In this document: positions 18,149-28,046 of the stretch, one piece after another
Layout of the letters: each line of letters starts with the position of its first letter
Numbering within the stretch: position 1 is the stretch's first letter
Assembly (NCBI RefSeq): GCF_000008385.1
Contig: NC_006833.1
Location: 240,001 to 272,000 of the forward strand
DNA: 32,000 nucleotides
Direction: 5' to 3'
DNA from: Wolbachia endosymbiont strain TRS of Brugia malayi
Lineage (GTDB): Bacteria > Pseudomonadota > Alphaproteobacteria > Rickettsiales > Anaplasmataceae
Translations under genes and position numbers: made by a program
Notes under the pieces: model-generated
What the model saw: the letters and a program-made list of their open reading frames with translations, nothing else
Told to the model about the DNA's origin: nothing
Databases searched by the model: none

Positions 18149-19700
18149 ATGAAAGTTAAGAGCACATAGCAGGAATACAGCTATCATGAATTCATTCAAA
18201 ATTTTTCATTTTTATTCGGTTAAAATAAAAAGAGAAAATGACCTAAATTTACAACGTTAGAGCTGGTTTAGGTACAGTAAAGTTTTTAATAAAACACGCC
18301 GGCTGGGATTGAGACGAAGATAAAGACAAAAATAAAGCTTATAGCGTTATTCTTCAAGGATACAACAAGATAAAGGGAGATAGATAAGAGCTTTAAGAAA
18401 AAGCCAAAGAAGAGTGGAGGAAATATATTAAAGATGGTGTTAAAGAAGTTTCAATGTACGGTAATCACGCAAGTATTAAGCTGGAGGACAATAAGAAAGA
18501 GTTTAAAATTAGCGAATTTTTAAACAGTGATTTTTGTCAAAAGAATGGAATCTCTGGATTTTCAACGTTGCACAGAGATGAGAAGAGCGGAATGCACGGT
18601 TTTGTTGCTGAGGAAGGAGAAGGGAAAGACAAGAGAAAAGTAAGGCATTATGTAGTAACCGATGGTTCATATGAAATTACTCTAAACTGGCCAGTAAACG
18701 GGGAAACCCATATAATTAAGATACGCATTTATCCTGATGGGGAGAAATTGACGGAGATTATTGAGTGACTACAAAAATAAAAAGATAAATGTTGCTGTAA
18801 CAAAGACGTAAAATTATGGAATTTGTCTTTAGAGGATGCATTAAAAAAAGGAAGAGAGATAAAAAATGAAGTGCGATATCAGGACAGTAATAAGCTGTTA
18901 TTTGAAGTTGCAACAGAAAGTGATGGTGATAGAGATATTAGCATTTAAGCTACTGATATAAATCGAGAGGTTAATTCTCAGAACATTGGATTATGGCCTA
19001 ATAGTGAAGACGGGTCAGGTTACGGCAGTCAAGAAGAGAATCCTCAGGACGGAAGAACTTCTCTGCTACTACTACTTAGCACTATTCACTTCCATCTAAA
19101 AAAGACGTTTCCAATGAGCAAGGGGAAAGCACCTCTACCAAGTCTGTGAGCTAAAATCAAGATGATGGACAAAATGAAATAAGTTCTAACACAGTTGATG
19201 TAGCGCAAAAACGATTCTTGGAGAACATTCTAGCAAATATAAACGAAGGCAAACAATATAACCCTATACGTAAGTGGTTAAAGGGCAAGATTAAAGGTAG
19301 AGAGAAAAATCAAAATCTGTATACGCTCTAGAAAAAAGCTGTCTCCAAAAAAAGTGGCCAAGGTAATAGCCTCTCATAGTAATGGACAGGAACCTGAAGG
19401 AGAAGAGTTAAATTACCGAAAAACACATGAAGCATTAGAAAGGTGGAAGGAAAAATGGCCAAGTAATTATAAAAGAATTAACAAAGTTAACGCATCATCC
19501 TCAACAGAGCAAGGAAAGACTGGAAAAATGGGAGTTCAAACTGATGAAAAAACCGTGAATTATTTGATGAGAAAGACAAATATATCAGAACAGAATTCTC
19601 AGATCCAAACCAGATTCCTTCTAATAGATCAGGAAAATCAAGAAGTTAGGCTAGCTTTGTTGCATAGCTACCAGCCACCTAAGTAGCTTACAGAAATGCA
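18149..19700 (+). pseudogene. Decayed paralog of the 913-aa orphan gene (6261-9002)
   Basis: The upstream region and start are conserved: 'ttagtgaggaaaaatatgaaa' versus 'ttagtgaggaagaatatgaac'. A stop occurs at codon 7, followed by many stops and frameshifts. Only ORF 18454-18768 stays open. Further matches are 'NWPVNGETHIIKIRIYPDGEKL' vs 'NWYDKEGKKCTIRININANSIKL', 'DINREVNSQN' vs 'DMNREIGSQN', and 'KNRELFDEKDK' vs 'KNSELYKLLEKDK'. It is about 1.2 kb shorter than the intact copy. Confidence 0.72.
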
Positions 19701-19910
19701 AAAAACTACTCAACAAACTTCACCAGCTTCCTTATTGTAACATTGAAGCTAATTATTTATCTTCTCTATACAGATTTAAACGACAAAAGACTCAATGTAC
19801 TTGATGCCTCATATTTAATTTTTTGCACTATGTGCACCGTATATCTTTATAACCTTTCAGGTTTTTACTTAATATAATTGAAATGCGCTTGTTAAAGCAT
19901 TTGACACAGT

Positions 19911-20200
19911 AAAAAATGCCAATTTAAAAAGATAGGTAGTGAATAATTAGCTAACAGGGTTTTTTACCTTTTTTCTGCTTAGTAATTTTTCTAACGTTTA
20001 AATTTAGATCAGCTATGACTTAAAAGGAGCTAGATTGGACGTTTAGAATAAAAAAATGCTAACTATAAAGTTAATATAAATAACTCGCCACCAACGGGTT
20101 TTTTGCCTTTTTTTCTATTTAAAAAATTTCTTAAATATTTGTAACTACCGTCGTTCCTTAGCGAGATCTAAAGATACTGTGGAGTATGATGAGGAATTGC
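19911..20200 (+). repeat. Two tandem copies of the dispersed intergenic repeat family
   Basis: Unit 1 (19911-~20010) reads 'aaaaaatgccaattt...ctaacagggttttttaccttttttctgcttagtaatttttctaa'. Unit 2 (20052-~20200) reads 'aaaaaatgctaacta...ccaccaacgggttttttgcctttttttctatttaaaaaatttcttaaatatttgtaac'. Confidence 0.55.
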
Positions 20201-20241
20201 CATTCCAGTGTGTTGAATCCCAATGTCGGAGCACTGGAATG
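20201..20241. repeat. Palindromic element hairpin (10-bp perfect stem)
   Basis: 'cattccagtg' (20201-20210) and 'cactggaatg' (20232-20241) are exact reverse complements around a 21-nt loop. The architecture resembles the element inside metG. Confidence 0.55.
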
Positions 20242-20289
20242 ACAAAAAGAGGGGAGTGGAATAAACAGCAAGAACGCTCACTAACATAG

Positions 20290-21660
20290 AAAATATAAAC
20301 TTTCTCAAACTCATTGAGTTATGCTTTCAAAACGGTAGTACGGGATGTGAATATAATGATTACTAATATATAAAAGTCATAGCGAACAGACTTGAAGCGG
20401 CAGGCACTGGTGCAGTGAGACGAATAATATTTAGTATGCCTTCACGCTCGAAGAAGCCCATATGCGTAAGAGTAATAATTGTGAGCTATTCCCAGCGAAA
20501 AGCACTCGCTCGATACTAGGTGCGTAATGTAGTCTGATTGGTATAAAAAGCTATTTCTAGAAGTAGAACTATCCATAGAACAAAATACTAAGTATAAATT
20601 TCAAACAGTGCGGAGAGAATACAAAATTGCAACGTCTGTTGGGGGAACATTAACCAGCAAAGAAGGTGATTTTATTATTGTCAACGACCAACTGAGTTCC
20701 GCTCAAGCTTTAAGCGAAACGCTTAGAAAGCGTGCCACAAGCTGGTTTGATCAGACTTTAGTAACTAGGCTCAACAATAGAAAAAAGGAATAATTGTGCT
20801 TGTGATGCATAGGCTACATCAGGAAGATTTAGCCTGACACCTTCTCTCCAAACCGAAAAATATGTTGCATTAAATTTGTTTGCCAACAATAGCTAAAAAT
20901 AAGGAGTCTATCTATTCAATTGAAAAGCCAATGTCTCCTTCTCTTATTCCTGTAATCAGAGTAACTACAAATAATTACAAGAGCTGAATTACAGCATCAA
21001 GTGCTAAAATAACGCCATCGTAATATTACCCTCGAGGGAAGAAGGTCAGTTGCTATATCTTCTAGATGGAGGAAAAGAAGAGATTGAAACGATAAAAATT
21101 GACTTGGGAATTACGCTTTTGCTGTACAATATCAACAAAAACCCTCTGTCGCTTTTAAGTGATATAATTAAACAAGAGTGGGCTGGAAGCGCTATAGAAG
21201 TTTTCTTGATGATCTCTTTGCCTATAGCTTAAAGCTAGAATACTGCAGTTTTAATAGGCGACGCTAGCAACTTTAGCGTCCGCACTACCTGGGCAAAAGT
21301 AGGTAAAAAATTCTATTTACTTGATGTATAACGTGCAAAATTTGAATATCCAAAACTTAGTTTTGTCCTTAGCAGAAAGATGGATGCCACATGCAATTTT
21401 GATTGAAGCAGAAACAAGTGGTCAACAATTAGTACAAGATCTGAAGGTAAGCAGTGATTTAGCCATTGTCGAAATAATGCCACATAATGATAAGCTCACT
21501 TGATTTCATTAAATTAGTTCCTACTATAGAGTCTGGCAAGGTTTTTCTACTGCATCAAGCAGTATGGCTAGAAGATTTTGAGTATGAGATTTTAATGTTT
21601 CCAGGAATCCGTCATGATGACCAAGTGGACAGCACCATACAATACCTGCACAGTGAATAA
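20290..21660 (+). pseudogene. Phage-type terminase large subunit, heavily fragmented
   Basis: Fragments lie in several frames. They include 'YIKVIANRLEAAGTGAVRRIIFSMPSRSKK...VSYSQRKALARY*' and 'GGTLTSKEGDFIIVNDQLSSAQALSETLRKRATSWFDQTLVTRLN' (Walker-B-like). They also include 'IVLVMHRLHQEDLA*', 'IKIDLGITLLLYNINKNP...IIKQEW' and 'DASNFSV...KFYLLDV*RAKFEYPKL..LSLAERWMPHAILIEAETSGQQLVQDLK'. The C-terminal piece is 'SGKVFLP...FEYEILMFPGIRHDDQVDSTIQYL*'. Confidence 0.7.
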
Positions 21661-21983
21661 GAAAAACTAACACCAATACCTTCAGAATCAGGAGTTTTTC
21701 CCACAACTTTATTTGAGATATTCATGGTAAAATCAGCACACTTAATACTATTTATTGCATAAATTACCTGTAAATTGTAACGTTTGTACAGTTGCGTGTA
21801 AAAGCACTGATATGATTTTAACATAGCTCCAAAGGTCTATAAACTACCGCATAAGTTCAAGTTCCTATTATTATCTTACATTTTTATCATAGCCCCTATA
21901 AATTACGCATAGTTTCTACTAAATCATTATACCATTTATTGTAAAATTGTATTTTATATCTTAGGATCATATTATACATCTAT

Positions 21984-22238
21984 TTAAGTTTTTATCCTAT
22001 ACGTGAACAACGGCAGCATAGCGCTGTCTTCTATACTTAGTGCTATTACTGATACAATCTTAGGTACTCTAAAAAACACAGCAGTAAACACACCTAATGT
22101 GAAAAGTACTGGCTACAACATTCTGCCGAATACTGCAAGCAAAGTTGTACCAGTTGTTATCACTGTTATCATTGATCCACCTATACTGTGAGTATAAGAG
22201 CACCATTCTACATAGTAGAATGTTCGGGTTCTCAGCAT
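21984..22238 (-). pseudogene. Second VirB2/TrbC pilin-like remnant (in-frame TAG, no leader)
   Basis: 'MLRTRTFYYVEWCSYTHSIGGSMITVITTGTTLLAVFGRML*PVLFTLGVFTAVFFRVPKIVSVIALS...'. It is paralogous to 12846-13127, with the same FGR-16 aa-FF spacing and nucleotide similarity visible over ~150 bp. The TAG sits where the other copy has TGG (Trp). Confidence 0.5.
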
Positions 22239-22521
22239 TTATATCAAATGCAAAGGAGAAAAATTAAAAACATAAGTAGAAGAATTTTTTTTATTATGTT
22301 TTATCTACAACAATTTTTGCTTTGTTTTAGATTATCCCTCACCTTGATTAAATTTGGATAAATTGTGCAAGAAGAACTCTGTTGCGTAGCGACTAATAAA
22401 AAGAGCAAGGATGGAGGAAAATATTTAAAATGCCGGTGATATTGGACTGATAGTTTAAGAGATCTTCTAAATAAGTTATCTTATTATACACTGTGCAGCA
22501 TAATGGTGAGGTCTATTACCA

Positions 22522-23727
22522 TCAGTCCTTCAGGTGTTCTTCAGCATATTTGAGTAAGCCGTATATAAGAATTGCGATTGTAGAACATATAACTGTCAGC
22601 AGTAAATTTGACAAAACACCATAAGAGAAGAATTTTCCCACTATATATATTCCGGTAGCCCCAAACATCATATTGCAGAATGAGAGAACTGCACTACCAA
22701 GCCCTATGCCTTCGATCGTTTCTAATGCAGAGGTTACGTTGTTGCTTATTATCAATGCAAGTCCAATATTGTTTGGAACCCAGCACATTATGAGGGTGTA
22801 TATATTTAATTTATCTATTAAGTAAAGATATATCAGCGAACAGTCAGATATTATTGGTAATACTAAACCTATCATTAACATCCTGCTAACTCCCACCTTC
22901 TGTACACATCTTCTGTTAATTAAAGTTCCGATTATGTAAAATATGACTATGATTGATATAAAATAACCAAAGTGTCGCACCTCAATACCCATAGATTCAA
23001 ATATGAAAGGATAGTTAACGATATATGCCCAAAGCCACATGAAAGTTAATCCATGAATAGTTGAAAATCCAAGAAAACGATAATTCCTAAATGTTGATAT
23101 ATATTGCTTAGAGACATCAATGATTATCTTAGTTATGTTAGTCTTATTTTTATTAATATTGAGTGTCTCTTGTAACTTAAAGTAAATAAAGATAAGCATA
23201 ATAATTGCCGCAAGTGATATAATAAAAAACAAAAATTTCCAGTGATAACCATGTGAAATTATATGACTACTTACCACTGGAGCAATTCCAGGTGAAAGTG
23301 CTACTATCATATTTAACTTTGAAACTACCCTTGAGTATTCACTACCCGAGTACATATCCCTTATTGCTGCATATCCAACAACGCCTGCAACCCCAGCTCC
23401 TACCCCTTGTATGAAGCGAATGAGTATTAAGAGCACAATATTATCAGCTATATAACACGCAATACTTGCTAAAGTAAAAATTGTCATACCAATCAGCATT
23501 ACCGGACGTCTACCATAATGATCCGATAATGGACCATAAATTAATCCAGACATTGCAAGTCCAACTAAATTTAAGCTAATTGTAAGTTGTACTACACGGC
23601 CTCCTACTTCAAAATAATTGGCAATGCTTGGTAGTGCAACTGAGTACAGGTCAGTTGCCATATCGACAATTGCTACAGAAAATATCATGATAAGAGAGAT
23701 GACCTTTTGTGAAAGAACTATTACCAC
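22522..23727 (-). CDS. MFS transporter, Bcr/CflA drug-resistance subfamily-like
   Basis: 401 aa with 12 predicted TM segments. MFS motif 'GLIYGPLSDHYGRRPVMLIG' and 'IRFIQGVGAGVAGVVGYAAIRDMY'. Confidence 0.85.
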   Translation of the reverse strand: MVIVLSQKVISLIMIFSVAIVDMATDLYSVALPSIANYFEVGGRVVQLTISLNLVGLAMSGLIYGPLSDHYGRRPVMLIGMTIFTLASIACYIADNIVLLILIRFIQGVGAGVAGVVGYAAIRDMYSGSEYSRVVSKLNMIVALSPGIAPVVSSHIISHGYHWKFLFFIISLAAIIMLIFIYFKLQETLNINKNKTNITKIIIDVSKQYISTFRNYRFLGFSTIHGLTFMWLWAYIVNYPFIFESMGIEVRHFGYFISIIVIFYIIGTLINRRCVQKVGVSRMLMIGLVLPIISDCSLIYLYLIDKLNIYTLIMCWVPNNIGLALIISNNVTSALETIEGIGLGSAVLSFCNMMFGATGIYIVGKFFSYGVLSNLLLTVICSTIAILIYGLLKYAEEHLKD

Positions 23728-23816
23728 TTAATGATTCGCTGAGCTACAGAAGTTTGATTATAATATATTTTTTCTATTAGTACATTAATTTAACTACCTG
23801 ACTTGAAAGTTCCTCT

Positions 23817-23884
23817 TGTCATCCAAATAGTCAAAACTAATTCTTCTTTTCTAGGTTCCAGCGTCATGTGTGGCATTTTGGAAT
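23817..23884. repeat. Degenerate copy of the palindromic element seen in metG
   Basis: 'tgtcatccaaatag' matches 13 of 14 nt of the metG element start. The partner arm 'cattttggaat' (23874-23884) is imperfect. Confidence 0.35.
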
Positions 23885-24363
23885 TCCATAAAATTGCCAT
23901 AGTGGTCAAGTTTTTTTTGAGCTTAGCAAAACCATCTAAGTTGAAAAATGACATAGAAAAAGCGGGTATATAAAGATATGTCTAATGTTTATGAAGTATA
24001 CTCTAGTCTTCTTATTATAAATGATGTGTCTGTATCCTATTGTAATAATAATTACTTCGCATTTTGCAGTGTTTACATGACATATAATACAATAATCGTC
24101 AACTCTTAACTTTCCACGCCCTTTTTAAGCTATAGTGCAATGGTTCAGCAAGATTTATCTGAATTAATTGTAAAGAATTTTTTACCTGTTTCAATAAAAA
24201 ATTTTAGGCGTACTGAATTTTATAACAAATGGTACAAAACTAAGTATAGTATTGTAAGACGTGACTAAAAATTAAGAAGGTATTCTAGCGGTTAACACTG
24301 AATGTATTTTTATGATAAGGGTTCAACAACTTTACATAATATCTAATAAAAGTTAAGAAGGGC

Positions 24364-25062
24364 ATGAATAAATCACAATTGGTCAAAAAGGTTTTCGACT
24401 CTGTGGCGTATCGCTATGACATCATGAATGATATAATAAGCCTAGGAATACACAGACTATGGAAGGATAAGATGGTAAATAGCGTGCATTTTACAAAAAA
24501 CTCTCAGGTTTTAGATGTTGCTGGGGGAACCGGAGACATAGCAATAAGAATAGTAAGAAGAGAGCCGAGTGTTCAGGTTACAGTATGTGATATAAATCAA
24601 AACATGCTAAGTAGAGGACGCAATAAAGCCATAAACTCAAATCAGCTTAATTTTAATTGGGTGTGTGCAAACGCAGAAAGTTTGCCATTTGAAGACTCTG
24701 AGTTCGACTGTTGCACAATAGCTTTTGGTATTCGGAACGTTTCCGATCGTAAAAAAGCTTTAAGTGAGATACACAGAGTACTAAAACCCAATGGACAATT
24801 TATCTGCTTGGAATTTGCTCCTATGCACTATAAAAATGAGATATTTACCAAACTTTATGACTTATACTCACTCAAAGTAATTCCTAAAATCGGCAACATA
24901 GTTACTAAAGATGAAAGTCCTTATCAGTATTTAGTAAGGAGCATTAGAGAGTTTCCAGTTCAGACTGACTTCAAAATGGAAATTGAAGAGGTGGGCTTTA
25001 AGAAAGTTAAATTTCACAATATGAGCTATGGAATAGTGGCATTACATACTGGAACAAAGTAA
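24364..25062 (+). CDS. ubiE: Ubiquinone/menaquinone biosynthesis C-methyltransferase UbiE
   Basis: 232 aa with '[17 protein letters not shown]', SAM motif '[12 protein letters not shown]' and 'IAFGIRNV'. Confidence 0.9.
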   Translation: MNKSQLVKKVFDSVAYRYDIMNDIISLGIHRLWKDKMVNSVHFTKNSQVLDVAGGTGDIAIRIVRREPSVQVTVCDINQNMLSRGRNKAINSNQLNFNWVCANAESLPFEDSEFDCCTIAFGIRNVSDRKKALSEIHRVLKPNGQFICLEFAPMHYKNEIFTKLYDLYSLKVIPKIGNIVTKDESPYQYLVRSIREFPVQTDFKMEIEEVGFKKVKFHNMSYGIVALHTGTK

Positions 25063-25065
25063 ATA

Positions 25066-26132
25066 ATTAAACTTTGGTATAGAACACTGGATTACTATCT
25101 CATCCTTCCGGTAATTTTTTGTTAACTATAAGCTTCATTCTCGTCTATTTGGCAAACCCTGTAATTGCACAGCGTCTTTCTTTACTACAAGATTACTTTA
25201 TACGGAGCCACATAGTTTATATAGTTTTATCGCTGATTACCTTAGTGACATTTTCTTTTCTCAATACAAAAACCATACTTAATCTCTCATTTGCAAATTT
25301 TACTTTAATTTATTATTTTAATAGTAGCCGTGTTAGTACTTGGTATAGAGACAAAAGGCGCAAAACGATGGTTACATATCGTCAAAATTTCAGTTCAACC
25401 TTCTGAGTTTGTAAGACCATTTTTTCTGTTGTTATAGTTAGTATCTTTGCCAGTAAAATAAAGTTTAAAGTATACATGTCAATTATAATATTCATGCTAG
25501 TCTTCACGTTGTACTTTTGCAACCTGATTTCAGTATGTCTGTGCTTTTAGTGTATTCTTTTATTAGTCAAATATTTATTGCATGTGTACCACTTTTATAC
25601 TTTTCATGTATAGCAGGAATAGTCACAACTGGAATTACAACATCCTACTTATGTTTTCCACATATAAAGCAAAGGATTCGCAGCTTTCTCCTCATTCGCA
25701 CAGCACGATAATTTTCAAGTTATAAAGTCATTGGAAGCATTCAAAAAAGGTCAGTTAACTGGTGTTAGGCCTGATGAAGGCAACGTAAGGATCTTTCTCC
25801 CTGATTGTCACGCAGATTTTGTATTCTCTGTTTTAGCAGAGGAGTTTGGGTTGACTATGTATTTAGCCACATTGATATTACTCGGCATCATTTCTGCTCG
25901 CTTGCTTTACTTTGCATATAAAGGAAATGAACTATTTAATCTGCTGGTAATTTTGGATATCTCAATTCAACTTATTACACAATTTATAATAAACATAGGG
26001 GTAACGTTGAACATTGTTCTAACCACTAGCATAACTTTGCCGCTACTTAGCTATGGCGGCTCTTCTTTTTTATCTTCGAGCATTGCACTTGGCATAATGC
26101 TGTCTTTAGTAGAAACCAGACTATCATATTAA
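25066..26132 (+). pseudogene. FtsW/RodA/SpoVE (SEDS) family gene, fragmented
   Basis: Family motifs are present but spread over different frames and interrupted by stops. 'KLWYRTLDYYLILPVIF' frameshifts at the T-run 25115-25120. 'GAKRWLHIVKISVQPSEFVRPFFLLL*' ends in a stop. The remaining pieces are 'LQPDFSMSVLLV...' (ORF 25517-25711) and 'FKKGQLTG...LPDCHADFVFSVLAEEFG...TLPLLSYGGSSFLSSSIALGIMLSL' (ORF 25731-26132). Confidence 0.8.
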
Positions 26133-26253
26133 ATCTTCGTGAGCGTATTTCTTTTTAAAAAACACGCTACAGACTAGTTCCTTTATACTATACCTTTCCT
26201 CTTTCTCCTGAAACCAAAATCCATATACTTAACTTCAGAAACTTCAAAATAAG

Positions 26254-27960
26254 ATGCGATCTAATATCAGGCAATTATTTTATTACATAAAACCTAATCT
26301 GCATTATTTCATCATAGCTTTTATTGCAGTTTTATCTTCAGCTTTAACGATTCTCCTTTTTGGCAGAGGCTTGAGTAACATAATTGATTCTGGTGCAGAG
26401 CACAACTTTACCACTAAGCTATTAGTTACTATATTTATAGTTTTAGCCATTTCTCTCACTGCATTTATTAGATTGTATTTCATTGGGATTGGCAGCGAGA
26501 AAGTTATTGCAAGAATAAGATATGACTTATATGGAAATATTACTGATTTGCAACCAAGTTTCTTTGAGAATACAAGTGTTCAAGATGTCATCTCAGCACT
26601 AATTACTGATACCTCTGTGCTGCAATCAATAATGAATAGCAGCTTACTAACCATATTACGAAATTTTATAATTTTGATTGGTAGTGTTGCCATGCTACTA
26701 TATACAAACCTACATTTAACTACATATGCTGCTGCAATAATACCAATGCTACTTATTATCATGACTTCACTTGGGAAAAAAGTGCGCAATTATGCACGCT
26801 TTGCTCAGAATAAGCTAAGTGAGCTTGCATCATTTAGTGAAGAAAATTTCAGGTCTATAGTAACTATAAAATCATTTGTATTGGAAGAAAACGAAAAAAT
26901 CCGTTTTAAGGAGCATCTAGATTCAGTGTCAAAATCATATGTAAAATTAGTATTCTTGCGCGCTATTTTAGTAACCTTGGTTATCGCGTGTGTGATAGGC
27001 TCACTAGTAATTTTGCTGTTTTTCGGTATTAAAGAAGTCTTAAGTAATAATATAACTGTTGGAGAACTATCTTCATTCGTGTTTTACTCAGCACTTGCAG
27101 CAGGAACTGTAAACAATTTGAGTGATAACATCAGTGATCTACAGCGAGGCTTTGGAATAGTAGAGCGTTTGTTTGAATTTAAAAATATGAAAAGCTCTAT
27201 AATGGATGTCGATAATCCTATAAAAATTTGTGGTGTTAAAAAAGGAATTTCCTTTAATGGCGTAACATTTTTTTATGAATCTCAACCTGATAAGCCAGCG
27301 CTAGATAATGTATCATTTTCTATAGAGACAGGCCAAGCGGTATCAATCATTGGCCCATCTGGCAGTGGTAAGAGCACCATTTTAAAGCTCCTGCTCCGTT
27401 TTCATGATCCAGGCAAAGGCAGTATTACTATCGATGGGTATAACGTTAAATCAATTGCTTTAAGTAACCTTAGATCATTGTTTGGTTTGGTGCCACAAGA
27501 TCATATTATATTTTCGTGTTCAATAATGGAAAATATACTGTATGGTAAACCAGGTGCTGAATATGAGGAAGTGAGGCAAGCAGCTATTAGTGCTTATGCG
27601 ATGGAGTTTATTGAAAAGCTACCTGATAAATTTGACACATTTGTAGGAAAAAGAGGATTAAAACTTTCCGAAGGACAAAAGCAACGCATTATAATAGCAA
27701 GGGCCATACTAAAAAACCCCCAGATTTTGATACTGGATGAAGCAACTTCTGCTCTTGATTATAAAAGTGAAAACCTTGTACAAAAGGCACTGAGTAAATT
27801 AATGCAAAACAGAACAACAATCATGATTACACATAGGTTATCAACCGCACTCAAAACTGACAAGGTTATAGTAGTCAATCATGGGAAAGTAGAAGAAGTA
27901 GGAACTCATGACTCTTTAATGAGTAAAGGTGGATTGTATGCGAAACTAACGAAAATATAG
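26254..27960 (+). CDS. ABC transporter permease/ATP-binding protein (MsbA-like exporter)
   Basis: 568 aa with a six-TM N-terminal domain. Walker A 'GPSGSGKST', signature 'LSEGQKQR', Walker B 'ILILDEATSALD', H-loop 'ITHRL'. Confidence 0.9.
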   Translation: MRSNIRQLFYYIKPNLHYFIIAFIAVLSSALTILLFGRGLSNIIDSGAEHNFTTKLLVTIFIVLAISLTAFIRLYFIGIGSEKVIARIRYDLYGNITDLQPSFFENTSVQDVISALITDTSVLQSIMNSSLLTILRNFIILIGSVAMLLYTNLHLTTYAAAIIPMLLIIMTSLGKKVRNYARFAQNKLSELASFSEENFRSIVTIKSFVLEENEKIRFKEHLDSVSKSYVKLVFLRAILVTLVIACVIGSLVILLFFGIKEVLSNNITVGELSSFVFYSALAAGTVNNLSDNISDLQRGFGIVERLFEFKNMKSSIMDVDNPIKICGVKKGISFNGVTFFYESQPDKPALDNVSFSIETGQAVSIIGPSGSGKSTILKLLLRFHDPGKGSITIDGYNVKSIALSNLRSLFGLVPQDHIIFSCSIMENILYGKPGAEYEEVRQAAISAYAMEFIEKLPDKFDTFVGKRGLKLSEGQKQRIIIARAILKNPQILILDEATSALDYKSENLVQKALSKLMQNRTTIMITHRLSTALKTDKVIVVNHGKVEEVGTHDSLMSKGGLYAKLTKI

Positions 27961-28046
27961 TAGGCATGACCTATTAAAGTACCATACAAATCAAAAAAAA
28001 TTCAAATCATACTGTTGTCAATTGGATAGATATTCTAAATTTAGAA

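Noticed and set aside
19354-19686. 110-aa plus-strand ORF considered as an independent gene
   Set aside because: It lies inside the decayed paralog. The residual similarity to the intact gene ('KNRELFDEKDK' vs 'KNSELYKLLEKDK') is in a different frame, so this ORF is probably a by-product of decay.
21524-21824. Two minus-strand ORFs (21524-21706, 21612-21824)
   Set aside because: They overlap the C-terminal terminase fragment in antisense and extend into featureless AT-rich DNA. No motifs are visible.
22003-22191. 62-aa plus-strand ORF
   Set aside because: It is the antisense shadow of the VirB2-like remnant, whose minus-strand reading has clear family colinearity.
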